Part shown: positions 40,189 through 52,560 of the stretch, piece after piece
Layout: each line of letters starts with the position of its first letter
Position numbering within the stretch: the stretch's first letter is position 1
Assembly: GCF_036321535.1 (NCBI RefSeq)
Contig: NC_087436.1
Location: forward strand, 116,252,001-116,316,000
DNA: 64,000 nt
Direction of reading: 5' to 3'
DNA from: Camelus dromedarius
Lineage: Eukaryota
Made by a program: the position numbers and the translations under genes
Notes under the pieces: model-generated
Databases searched by the model: none
The model's input: the letters and a program-made list of their open reading frames with translations, nothing else
What the model was told of the DNA's origin: nothing

Positions 40189-42339
40189 GTGAGAAATCAG
40201 AAAAATGTAGCTAGCCATCACTTATTCAGTCATTAATTCATTCAACAAATACTCATCGATCCTCCTTATGTGCTAGGCATTATGCCAATGCTAATAAGTT
40301 AAATAAACTAGTGTCTGTCCTTTCAGTAAAAACAGCTAAGTACATACTCTCTGATATAGTCTGAATGAGGTGCACACATAATCATAGTAGCAGGAGTTTA
40401 GCAGAAGAGATTCCACACTCACAGAAGTAGTGAGGAAATACATGGAAAGAACAATGGACACTTCTCTAGGGAACAGTTTAGAAGACAAGTCACAAAATTA
40501 GAAGCTTGGCAATTCTCTAAATGTGAAGACCAAATTAAATATAACCACATTAAGAAAAGTGTTAGGATTAAGGAGGATTTCGTTATGTAAATTGCCTCAG
40601 GTCTCTTCAGAAGTTTTCCTTGTGATGGGTAAAGATTTTAATTCTGGAAAAATCTACTTACCAAGCCCATTAAAATTTGCCTTCATCACCTGAATAAACA
40701 AAAATAAATGTGGAGATATCAAGGCAAGGTGTTAAGAGATGAGGGGGCCAAGTAAATTTACCAAGGAGTAAATTGAAAACTCTGAGAGTGTAAAAAACTT
40801 CCTTATACAGGAATAGCACAGTGAACCCATGGATGTATCGAATCTGCTATACGTTCTATGGAAGTAAGCCCATTTCATGACATTAACATGGCCATTTATA
40901 GTGCTAAAGACCCTAATGTAAATCTCATAGGAAGGGATGTTAAAATAGTTGGAAAGTAGGTCGTCTCCTTCATTGCTGGTTTCAAATGTAAGTAGTGAGC
41001 AACCAGCAAATAGCAGTCCAGGATAATCATAGTAAATAATACATTTGAGGGGCGATTATACTTTTAAGCATCTCACATCCATTCCCGTGTTTGAGTCTCA
41101 AGACTGCCTTGTGAGAGACATCACACCAACATCATCCCTGGTTCATATAGGGAGGGACACTGGGGTAAGGAAAACCTTAGCGGTGGAGAAACGGAGCCCA
41201 GGTATCCTGATGCCATGCCCTGACTCCTGTCACCGTTGTAGGTTTACACCCATGTTTTCACCATGTATACACATGCACATGTTGTTTCACTAGGAAATGT
41301 CTAAATCATTTTCATCTAATGATTGCTATTATGATCAATCTAGTCATCACTCTGTATAAAGATAAGGAGAAAGAAAACACTTTTTTGTGTGTTTTCTTGC
41401 ATGTGTGTATGGATTCTTTTTAATTACATGAGAACTTTCACTTAGAAATGACCATTGTGTAAATGATGCTTCTTACTTAAGCAGCATCTTCAAACTCAGC
41501 AAACTAAAAATTATAATTCTTGTTAGGAGATTACTCCAAAAAGATCAAAGCCTCTGAAGTTCCCAAGTTCTGTTTGGGACTATGCTGTGTGCTCTACCAG
41601 CTGCCAGCATCGCAGGCAGGGGAAGGAAATAGCCTTCTTCATGGAATCCCAGCTGGGCTTAGCTGGCACTGGCTCTCCTCCTCTCAGAATGCTGTGGGGT
41701 TTCCATTCTGAATTCCTCCTGGAGGGCTGTAGATCTCTGGTTTCCACATCAGCTGCTCTCTAAGGTTCTTCCTGAGTGATATGCAGACATTGTTCTCAAA
41801 GCCTGGAAGCTGGTGGGGGCCACCTTGCCCCTCTGAGAAGGAAACAGCCTGAGCTTTGGGAATATGAAAAGAAACCCATCAGTCTTCCAGAGGAGTGACA
41901 GTATGTGGCTCCACTGGCTCCCTGCTCCTGTAGTTTTCCCAATCCCTAGTGGGGAAGGGCACAGAGGACAGAATGGGAACTGGCAAGCCACTCCTGTCTC
42001 ACTGATAAAATCTCATAGAAACAGGATCCTAGAGTCCTTCTCTGCTTTTCTGAATCTCCAAGGGTGGCAATATCTGCTATTTATTTTCCAAAGGGATTCC
42101 ACACAATGGACACTGTCCCTTGGGAAAGCAAGTTGTTCCAATTTGAAACCAAGCAAATGAACTTAACATGTGTGAAATGCTTTCAATGAGCAAAAGCAAT
42201 TTGTAATTGTTAAAAATGCATGCCCCACTTCACTTGCAGGACTGTGGAGGTGGAAGCAGAGAGGACCCATGGCTGACAACAGTAACAACAGCAATAATAA
42301 CTTTAATGACAGAAGCTAATGTATTGAGCACTTAGGTTT

Positions 42340-42447
42340 GAAGAATATGAAAAAGAATATATGTGTGTGTGTGTAACTGAATCACTATGCTGCACACCAG
42401 AAGCTAATACAACATTGTAAATCAACTATACTTTGAAAAAAAAAAAA
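42340..42447 (+). mobile_element. Short L1 3' terminus
   Basis: 'gaatatgaaaaagaatat...gtaactgaatcactatgctgcacaccagaagctaatacaacattgtaaatcaactatact' plus A-tail. Confidence 0.85.
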
Positions 42448-42454
42448 CCCTTAT

Positions 42455-44310
42455 CTCACTTTAGTAGAATAAATTCCTAAATCACAAAAGAGCATTTCCA
42501 AAGAGAAAATTATAAACTGATCTATCTACTGAATTATGATGTGAAAATCCTAACATTAAATCCAACAAATGCAAATGAATACAACCTACCTCAGAAATTC
42601 AAGGATAGTTCAACATTAGAAAATCAGTTAAAGCAACATATCACTAGATTACAAGAGAAAAACTAATCTAAATAGGTGCAAAACCTGAAAAAAAAGCTTA
42701 AATTCTCATATTTAAAAAAATAAAATTTTAAATGTTAAGAATATAAAGAAATTCTTTAAATTGACATATTTTAAAAATTTTCAGCAAATATTGTACATAA
42801 TGATGACATTTAGAAGCATTTAAATTAATGGAACAAGTATCCTGGAAGTCATCTCTTATATTTAGTCCTATATTTAGAACTCTTATCTAAAGTAGAAAAA
42901 GGAATAATATGAATAATTAAAAATGGAAATGACAGAATTATATACAAAGAAAATGCTGGGAAACTTACAACTATTAAAACTAGTAAGATGGTGCATCTAT
43001 GTTGCTGTAAACAAGATTAGCATATGAAAATCAATGGCATTTGTATACTTCATAATAATTAATTGGAGACTGTAATAAAATTAACCCATCCACTATAACA
43101 ACAAATGATAAGATCCTCAGCAATAAATGTAACAAAAAAATGCACTATACCTTTATAGAAGAAGTTGTAAAAGATTAAAGAATTATTAAAGAATATGTTA
43201 AATAATATTAAAAATATATTAGTAAGTGGAGAAAGATAAATATTTATGAATATAAGATTTAGTATAACAAAAATGTTAATCTTCTCAAATTAATTGTTAA
43301 ATATTAATCCAGTACAATCTCAACAGAGTTGTTAATGGACATTATCAAGTCATTACTATTATTTATATGTAAAGCAAAGGACCAAAAAGCCTAAGACAAG
43401 TTTGAAGCAAAAAACAAGATGGGGGAAAGTGCCCTATGAGATATAAGACTTTCAAAATCACAGTATTTAAAATCACCATACTTTTAGGCAATTGAATGGA
43501 AAAGCACAGATAGAGATTCCTAAAATAGTCCTATACTTGTGTGTTAACGTGATATATGAGGTAGATGGCATAGTCAATAGATTGTGCTGGCAAATGAGAG
43601 GAAAATAGTTAAATCCCTGCCTCACACCATAAACAAAAATTGATATCAGACATATTTTAAGGCCCAGAACTGTAATACTTTAAGAAGAAAATACAGAAGA
43701 AAATATCTAAGACCTCAGGGCAGGAAAAGATTTATTTGAAAAAAATATATATAAGCAATAAAATAATTGCTTATTTTATTTACTACTTTAAAATCAAGAC
43801 TTTCAGTTTAATTAAAAGACTGTGAGAAGAAATTGACAACATATGTAACTATCGAATGGTTAGTTTCCTGCAGTTAAGAAAAGCTCTTAGAAATCCATAA
43901 GGAAATAATTTTTACAAAAAAATTAATGGAAAATGGGCACAAGATCAAATAGACAATATACAGAAAAGACACATGAATAATCCATAAATAAAATGAAAAA
44001 AGATGTTTAGCCTTCCTGCTAATAGGAAAAATGAAAATCAAAACCACACCAAGAAACCACTTCACAAACATACCAGATTGGCAGAAATTTACAAAATTCT
44101 GGTAGTACACACTTTTGCCAAGAATGTTGGGGAAAGGGAAGAACTATGCGTTTGGGGGATGGTAGATTCATGTAGCTGTCTTTGAGAGCACTGTGGTAAT
44201 ATCTAATGAAGTTGAAGATGTGAATATGATTGACCCAACAAGTGTTCACCTAGATGTGAATCCTGAAGAAGGTTTGACCCTTGCATAAGGTGACGTACAC
44301 AAGAAGTTCA
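42455..44310 (+). mobile_element. Ancient L1M/L1ME ORF2 to 3' remnant
   Basis: A-rich sequence collinear with ORF2 landmarks ('caaggatagttcaacattagaaaatca', 'cctcacaccataaacaaaaat', 'aatgaaaatcaaaaccacac'). Confidence 0.8.
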
Positions 44311-46429
44311 TGTAGAAGGTTTTAGGCAGAAAACGTTGATGCTACAGGTAGGAAAAATTTACAAGCTAGGAGGTGAACAGAAGCCCATGGTCCCATGCGG
44401 AGCAGGTCCCTGGAGACAATGAGAGCTTCAAAAGGCACTGGGGACCTTACTCATGAAGGATGCTGGGCCCTGAGCAGTAGGTTCCTAGTCTCAGGAAAGA
44501 CCCTCAGTGCCCTAGCTTGACCCAGAAGCAGCAAGACATATCTCTGATGGCAGTTCAGGCATTGGCCAATGAATATATCCATAGTTACCTGTGTAGACCA
44601 AAGTTACAGGGGAACAGAGACACTTAGTCAGAACCTAGGTCCCTACCAGACCATCTGAGCATTTCATGATGCCCAGGGAGGAATAAACCAGAATGTCTTC
44701 TGTTAAATTCTACAACAGCCTGGCAGGGAGGTGCTTAGTATCAGGTTTCATTTGATTTCAGGAAAACAGATAATGAGTAATGGGCCAACTTTTGCAAATA
44801 TGAGTTTGGAGAGTAATACTCAGACCAGCTATAGACTTATCCACCATTTAACTCTTATGCATGGAACTCCTGATGAATTCCTGATGAATTTGTAGCCTGG
44901 AAGCCTGGGCTAAAGATTCACGTCTTAGGCATCCTTCCTCCGCATTCCCTCTGTGAGAGCAATTATCATGTTATGCATAATTGTAGAGATTATTTTTATC
45001 TCCTCAGTCTCAGGATCTGTCATGCTTGTCATGTAATAGCCACTTTGGAAATGTTAATGCCTTCCTTCTGGGAGGTCTGAAGTCACACCACTCATGTGTC
45101 TTCTCCTTCACCAATAGACAAGCCTGGGTCTCATGCAGAACAATGGTATTTAATAATGTTGTCTTGATGTTTTTACCCCAAAGCTTGAAATATCTTTTAC
45201 CCAACCCTGCTGCATACTGATGTCAGTGTTCCTCTGCCATCCTTGTTCTGGGCTTAGTGCTAAATACTGTGCCCATCAAAACAAAATAGAACCCCCTGCT
45301 TCCTTCAATGGCCTAATTTTGAAATTAAAATCCCAGGGATTCTGTCAGAGCATTTAGTGTCAGACCTTTTTCTCCTGCTGTCCTTTACAGGCTATTATGC
45401 TAATAAGCTCTATTATCTGTTCTATAACCACTGGTAGTTACACAGCTCAGTGACCACTGCAGAAGGAAAACATAATGATTGGAGAACAAGGTAAACTTAA
45501 TAAAGCATTCTTTGTTCTCCTGGTATATGTAGACTAATGGGCAATTTCTGCTTGCTTATTTGAGCACATAAAGAGTTTGATGTGATCTGTATCCTCCTGG
45601 AGACTGAGAGGTCCATCCCGGAGCACTGGGAGGCAGGTTTGGAAGCAGCTACTGGAAGACGTGCCAGGCATTTTCACATATGCTGTCTCAGTGAGATGTG
45701 CCAGCAGCGCTCCTTACAACCCTGTGAGGGCAGGTGCTGTTACCCCTGTTTACAGGTGGGAAGAAAGTTCACAAGTGTGAAAGTGACTCCCCCACGGTCA
45801 TTGAAAGGGCCAAGGCTGGGTGTCAAAGAGAGATGTCTGATGCCTATCCAGCACCTTTTGAATGTCAGAAGTCATGGCCCTCTCTATTGTTCCAAACTCT
45901 CCTCAGCTTTCTTCATTCAAAATATGTGTCACCTCCTCCAAAAAGTCTTCTGTGATTGTCCTAACAGCCCAGAGTGATTTCACTGTGCACCAAATATAGC
46001 AGTTATGAGAGTGAATGTTCCCTTACCTATCCCTCCTTCTCCTTGGGATAATTTATCCTTAATTCTTTCCATTGAAAAATAAATCTCTCTTCTTTGGAAG
46101 ATCCATGGTACTTCCCGCACAATCCAGCCAAGGCTGTTTGTTGTGCATCAAATTATAATAATATGTAGATTTGACCTTTCCCTACTAGGAAACCAGGTGT
46201 GTCATTTTGAACATTTAGAACACGGATTCTGTTTGTTTTTAAACCACATTGCAGTTAAGTGATACAAAAGACCTGAAGGGTCACCCATCTGGTTTGTTCT
46301 CAGTTTCTAAAGGGAAAAGAACTGTTATTACTTTCGTGTGAGGTTGTGGGGGTTGGGGGAGCGAGTTAGGTAAATATTTGTTTGTTAATGAGGTAGTGAT
46401 GCTTCTTATTGAAATTGCAAAATTTATTT

Positions 46430-46680
46430 ATTTAACAAATACTTATATGAGACCTACTCTGTGCCGGTCTGTATTCTAAGAATTTTACAAGTATTAATGC
46501 ATTCAATCCTCCTAATATTCCTTTGAGGTAAGCACTCATCCTCATTCTATAGTTGAGAAAATGGAGGCACAGAGAGGTTAAGTAGCTTGCTTAAGGTCAC
46601 ACAGCATAATTTGCCCAAGTGTTAGAATTAGGATTCAACCCCAAGGCTGAAGTCACACCACTCATGTGTCTGACTCTTAC
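46430..46680 (-). mobile_element. MIR SINE with L2-like tail
   Basis: 'gagaaaatggaggcacagagaggttaagtagcttgcttaaggtcacacagc...ggattcaacccca'. Confidence 0.85.
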
Positions 46681-48900
46681 CCAACACAATGAAATTATAG
46701 GTCACAGATTCTATTGATAAAAATATGCATCCTTATAGAGTTAACCAAATAACCCACAATTAACCAACACTGAAAATTATAATGTTAATTTAAGATTACA
46801 GAATTTCCAATGGAAAAGAAAGAAAGAAATATTTATTGAACATCTACGTTATACCTAGAAGTTAAAACATTTTATCTTATGTACTGATATTTGTTGAAAA
46901 TAAATTATTAACCTTATATTATAGATGAAGGAAAAAGATTTGTAGAGATTAAAAGATGCGTCAGTGGTCCCACTGTTAGTTGGCAGCAGAACTGAAGCTT
47001 GAATACATGACTGTCTGAACTCAGGGTTTCGCATCTAGCATCTCCGTGAGAGGTACACTCTATCCCCCACCAAGGAATTGATGCCAGAGTTTTCATTACT
47101 CTCCTGCAGAACAGTTAATGCAGTAGCTGATTGGTTGCTACCATGTGCTATCATTACAAAAGTCACTAAATCAATCTAAAAGCATACTTTTGGCACAGAA
47201 TATTTTTCCACTTTTACCGCAGTTCACTGATCTGCTATGGCTCATATTATTGTGCAGTGCTTTGCAATGCTCTGAAGACAATTTTTGACTCCCTGTTACT
47301 TCTCTTGGTCTTCTTTCCTACTTTTCATTTAGCTAAGAGACAGCCTTGGTTTGCAACAAAGCCACTGTGTAATTTTTTCCCTTCATAATTTGCTACAAAG
47401 CCCACATCCATGACTTTCTTTACCTCTTCCTTTGTGATCAGTCCTTCTGCCCTGCTATGTTAATAATTTAAAAAATAGTGCCCTCTCTTCCTTTTGCCTG
47501 GAATAATGAGAGAAGTATCTCTTCATCTTTTTCCCATTTTCCTTTTTCACCAGCCATGTATTCTGGGCTGATCAAAAGTAGTTTTTTCAAGTGTCAAAAG
47601 TGTTTCCAGGAGTGCTTAACTGCAGGAAATTCAATGTCACACAGGTACAATGTGTGTATAATTTATAGATAAACAGAATGAGGTTGGCAGGTGCTTTCGA
47701 TGATCTCTGTGACAGATGTAAATGCTCTCAGTTCAAGTATTCATGAGTTTATTCAAAGGCCAGTTTCTAGTGACCAGGTGCCTGCAAAGAGTGGTGCTAC
47801 TTCTCCTAATCCTGGCATAAGAATCACAGCAATAACAACATTATGGCATGAAAAAGCAACACAAGAGCCAAGGAGAAATAGTCCTGTGAAATATGCTCCC
47901 ATTGACTTGGAAGTTCATTTTCTCTTCTTTTTCAGAAGCAATTTGTTTACTCCTGTCACCTCCCATCTCTTTATATAAAAATATTCTGTAGGAGAAACCT
48001 TCAGGGGGAGAGTCCTACACTATAAATGAGTAGTATAAAATGCATTTCAACCCAGTGCTTCCTTCAGTTCACATAAAGCCATTTAAAAGCTTTATGACAA
48101 TTATATTCCACACTGAGATCATAAGCCTGAACAACCTCCTGACCCCCTTACATACACAGTCGCCTCTAGACACGGCTGAATAGCGAGCAAGTGTCCAAGC
48201 CGTCTACAGCAGACTGATGTCACGCTCCAACATCTGAGCATCACATACATTGTTTTTGGCTTTCTCCCTGATGGTGTTATACTGATAGAGGCAGATTGTT
48301 TATCTCACGAGATTAGTGCAGTCCTTTTCAGGAATATATAGCTAGTTCTTAGAAACTACCAAAGACATAGTCCCTCAGCCAACTATAAAAATTTATTTTT
48401 AAAAAATGTTTGGTTAAACCTCCATCAGGTGCTTGAATCACATCTATCATTTATCCATTATTTAGGCATCCCCATGTGCATGTTCAGTGGAGGCATACCA
48501 TGTTTTTAAGGCTACCCTGTCATAGATGTCTTTCTTATTTTGAGTCAATTTTATTTTCTCATATTATATCCACAGTCCATCCATCCACCTATCCATCTAT
48601 CTATCCCTTCATCCAAGTTTATTTCCTTGAAACCTTGTAAATTTAGTCAGACCTCATGTATGCATGAAAGGCCTTCTCATATTGAGGAAAGCTAATATCA
48701 GCTATCTTGGTCTTCATTTTTCAATGTAAGCATTGCTGGTTTATTCAACTGTTCTCATATTTTCTTTCAAGATCTATATTAGGAGCCTTCCCTGCGTTCT
48801 CCAGGCCTAGCCAGTGCTCCTTCTCCAAGCATCATGAGATTTTGACTGTACTCTAACAACACTCTTATCTAATATCTATTATATGCCTATAGTCACAGTT

Positions 48901-49240
48901 TGTATCAGCTAAGAATGCTTCCAATGGCAAGTAACAGAAAGCCCAAAGAATACTACTTTAAAATTATTGCTATTTTTTCACTTAAGTTAAAAAATATGGA
49001 GGTAGGTAGGTTCATGGTTAGTTTGGCAACATAATCATGCCATCAAGAAGCCAAGGTTCTTTGAGCTTTTTTCTCTGCTTTTCGTGATTTGTGAATTTTG
49101 TCTTATTTCTCTTCAATTAATAATTGCAAGATGTTTCTAGATATCATAGCTGCTGTCAAGGCAAAAAGCAGAGAAAGAGTGATGCCAAATTGTTGACTCA
49201 TTATTTCATTCTTTTTATAAGGAATAAAAAGCCCCCTGAA
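48901..49240 (-). mobile_element. LTR33-like ERVL LTR fragment
   Basis: 'tgtatcagctaagaatgcttccaatggcaagtaacagaaagccc' start. Confidence 0.55.
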
Positions 49241-49264
49241 GATGTAGTAAACAGAAACTAAAAG

Positions 49265-49775
49265 TATATGAGAAGAATAATCATGATGACCAAGTGGAAT
49301 TTGTCTAGGAATGCAAGGTTGGTTTAACATTTGGAAATCAGTCAATGTAATTCAGTGTATTAACAGACAAGAAATTAATAAATGAGATCTTCTCAATAAA
49401 TGTAGAAAGATCATTTAACAAAATCCAGCATCCATTAATGATAAAAATTCTTAGCTAAATTGGAATGAATGGAACTTTCTGAATCTGATAAAAGCATTAA
49501 AAAAATCCTGTAGCTAATAACATATTTAATGGTGAAAGGTTAAATTTTTCCACCACTAAGATTAGGAACATAGCAATAATGTCTTTTCACTTTTGTTCGC
49601 TGTATTGAAGAGTTTAGCTGAAGATTTAAGACAAAAAAATAATAAAAAAACATCTAGATTAATAAGGTAGATATAAAATTATCTTATCTTTATTAGCAGA
49701 TAATCTATGTAGAGAATATAATGAAAGCTACTAGAACTAATTAAGTTTAGCAAGATTATAGGATAAAAAAAAAGT
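49265..49775 (+). mobile_element. Old L1 ORF2 (RT region) fragment
   Basis: 'catgatgaccaagtggaatttgtctaggaatgcaaggttggtttaacatttggaaatcagtcaatgtaat' corresponds to [16 protein letters not shown]. Confidence 0.85.
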
Positions 49776-50099
49776 TCCCCTGATGACTTTCTAATTGTTT
49801 CATGCCTAGCTGAGGAGAAGGGAAGAAAAGTGGTTATCTTGTTGGGACTGAGACCACTGTTGACCAAGAAAACAGGTTAAGAAGGCAGGATTAGTTGCTG
49901 AGTCAGCAACACATGGTGCTTGCCACATTTGGAGTTGTAAATATTTTGTGAGTAGGAACAATCTTATTCATTTTTGTATCCTTAGTTTGTGGAAATAACT
50001 CAATAATAGATGAATGGATGGAGGGATAATTTGAGTGGAAAAATAAACGAATGAATGAATCTCTTAACTTTAGTGCCTTGACCACCCTTTACTCACCTT

Positions 50100-50230
50100 G
50101 CCCACAATCTTTCTTGGAAAGTGGCAAGAGAAGAGACTAAGTTCTGCAGATGTGGCCTCAGAAGCACAAAGCAGAATAAGATTGTCATCTTCTTGGCCCT
50201 GGCACCATTCTTCTATGAGTACAACCAAGA
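50100..50230 (-). mobile_element. CR1/L3 LINE fragment
   Basis: Reverse complement 'gatgacaatcttattctgctttgtgcttctgaggccacatctgcagaac...ccactttccaagaaagat' resembles the CR1 ORF2 'LYSALVRPHLEY..F.KD' region. Confidence 0.5.
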
Positions 50231-50464
50231 AATGTGTGATTCTAAGTCCACTGAATTCACTTAGGCTCATTGTGTACTCATTTACAGAGCAGAAGCCTGT
50301 ATTTTTAAAATCTCATACTGTCGTCTCAAACAATTTCATTTTGTCACTTTCACCAGCGTCACGACATTCCCAAAGAGGAACAACAGGTCTCCTGTGTCTT
50401 CTTCATTCAACTCATTCTCAGCAACTTGGATGAAGAAAGAGCTTGAGTGCCCAGGAGACACTTC

Positions 50465-50923
50465 TGTATGAGTTCCCCAGCGCTGCTCTAGCACAGTACC
50501 ACAAACGGGGTGGCTTAAAATAACAGCAATGTATTCTCCACACAGCTCTGGAGGACAGAAATCTGAGATCAAGGTTTTGGCAGGATTGGCTCCTTCTGAG
50601 GCTGTGACAGAGAACCTATTCCATGGCTGTCTCCTGCCTTCTGGTGCTTTTTTAGACATTTTTGGTGTTCCTGGCTTGTAGAAGCATTATTTGGATCTCT
50701 CATTTTATTTTCACATCACGTTCTCCTTGTATATGTGTTAGTCTCCAAGTTTCCTTTTTTATAAAGATCCCAGTCAGTCATATTGGGGCCCACCCCAATG
50801 ACCTCATATTAACTTGATTGCCTTTGCAAAGACTCTATCTCTAAATAAGCTCACATTCTGAGATACTGGGAGTTAGGGCTTCAACACTGGAATCTGGAGG
50901 GGGACACAATTTAAACTATTGCA
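50465..50923 (-). mobile_element. MLT1-type solo LTR
   Basis: TG...CA termini; near-TSD acttc/ccttc; 'gtaccacaaacggggtggcttaaaataacag', 'ggcccaccccaatgacctcatattaac'. Confidence 0.88.
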
Positions 50924-51009
50924 CCTTCCTTGGTGTGATATTGTCTATCAGGCAGCGCTCCTGAGGAGTTATTTGAAAGACAGTGGTTCCATTGGGGAGC
51001 TGCACAGGT

Positions 51010-51220
51010 CATGGAGTTGGGTGGATGGCCTGGATTCAAATACCATCCCTGACCCTTATCTGCGGCATGTCCCAAATGAGTGACTAATTTGCTATGTGCC
51101 TACTTTCATCTAAAATAAAATGGGATCATATTTGTACCAGCTCACAAGACTGTAGTGAGAATTAAATGAGGTAATACAAAGCAAAGTTCTTAAAACAGTG
51201 TCTAGCAAAAGTAACTATTA
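51010..51220 (+). mobile_element. MIR SINE
   Basis: 'cctggattcaaatacc...gtgagaattaaatgaggtaat'. Confidence 0.75.
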
Positions 51221-52329
51221 TATTGAAACTTGCTTCCCCCACCTTTTTCTACTGTTGACCAAATGTGCAAATCTTACTTATTTTTCCATTTACTGTACAT
51301 AATTGATTTTGTCTAAAATGTACTATACAGAAACTTTCCAAATACCTTGTTGAATTCAAACATACTTTTCATCTCCACACGTTTCTGATCTATCTCACCA
51401 ATTTTCAAAGAGAGAAAATATTTTATTTGAAATAATTGATTCTTCAAAATCCATGTGGGATAATCATCTCCATATGTTCACAAATCATGTCTATATATAT
51501 CTGGTCAAAGAATCTTTTTCTACCATTAAGTTATTTCTCATTTATTTGGTCTGTAATCCTCATCATATTAATCTGTATTTTTAGTAATCCATGTACTGTC
51601 TCTCCCTCTCATTCCCAGTTTCTCACCCCCACACTTGCGTACACACCCACACACACAGACATGTTTCTTTTATTAACAAGGCATTTATATTCCATTTCAA
51701 TCTCTGAAGACAACTCCTGTTCTCCATTTGCTCACATAACACCACATGGACTCAACGATCTCATGTTCAAAGTTAATTCTGCTCACAGAGGAAGGAAGAC
51801 AATCAATAATTATTGTGCATAAACTAGACATTGGGCATTTTACAGGAACTGTTTCTCTGATGTGACTTTCCTAAGGTGACATAGCTAGTAAGTGCCAGAA
51901 ATAGAATTTGGCCCCCTCCAGCTGATTTTAAAATATGCATAGTGTTTTCCCATTATGGTATGAATCTGAATGAAATGAATACTGTTCAGACCTACTATAT
52001 CCAGTGCAATTGCAGCAGACTGCTTTCTAATGACCCTGGGTCATCTTTTCCTTGTGTTCCACAAAGTTCCCAGAGATGCTGGCGTGTGTCTGGGGGTGGG
52101 GTGCAGTTGGAGTGTCTGATAACAGCCTAGGCCTGGGAGTAAGACCCATCCAATTTGGGAGAAGAAAGACCCATGTTGTTTATTTACAAATACTTTATTT
52201 ATGTAACTCAAGAATATGATTTGGCTGGGGTAAGTCTTGATCTGATTTTTATGCAAGTTGACAAAGGGAAATAAAAAGAAAACATTAGGCAGTTTCTGCA
52301 AGTTTTCTGTTTCACAGAAACATAAACTC

Positions 52330-52560
52330 ACAGCTGACTGCCCGACCCACACGCTGCCGGGACTCTGGGGTGTGACGGCAAAGCGGCTTTCTGAGAAATG
52401 AGATGCTGCACATTTCATTGTTTTCAATATTGCCCCCTGCCAGGAACTGCTATAAAAGCATCCTGAGCCCTGAAATGGGAGGGGCGTGCTTTCCAGATAG
52501 CCGTCGAGTCTGTGGAGGTCGCCAAGCTTGTATCACCTATCACCCATCACCGCCCATTCG
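52330..52560 (+). promoter_or_regulatory. Candidate promoter or enhancer (TATA box, GC box, GAS motif, local CpG enrichment)
   Basis: TATAAAAG at 52451-52458, GGGAGGGGCGTG at 52477-52488, TTCTGAGAA at 52389-52397, in non-repetitive sequence; motif evidence only. Confidence 0.3.

Noticed and set aside
50097..50297. Possible minus-strand exon ending AAG|gtgagt
   Set aside because: Poor acceptor, and the body is better explained as a CR1/L3 remnant.
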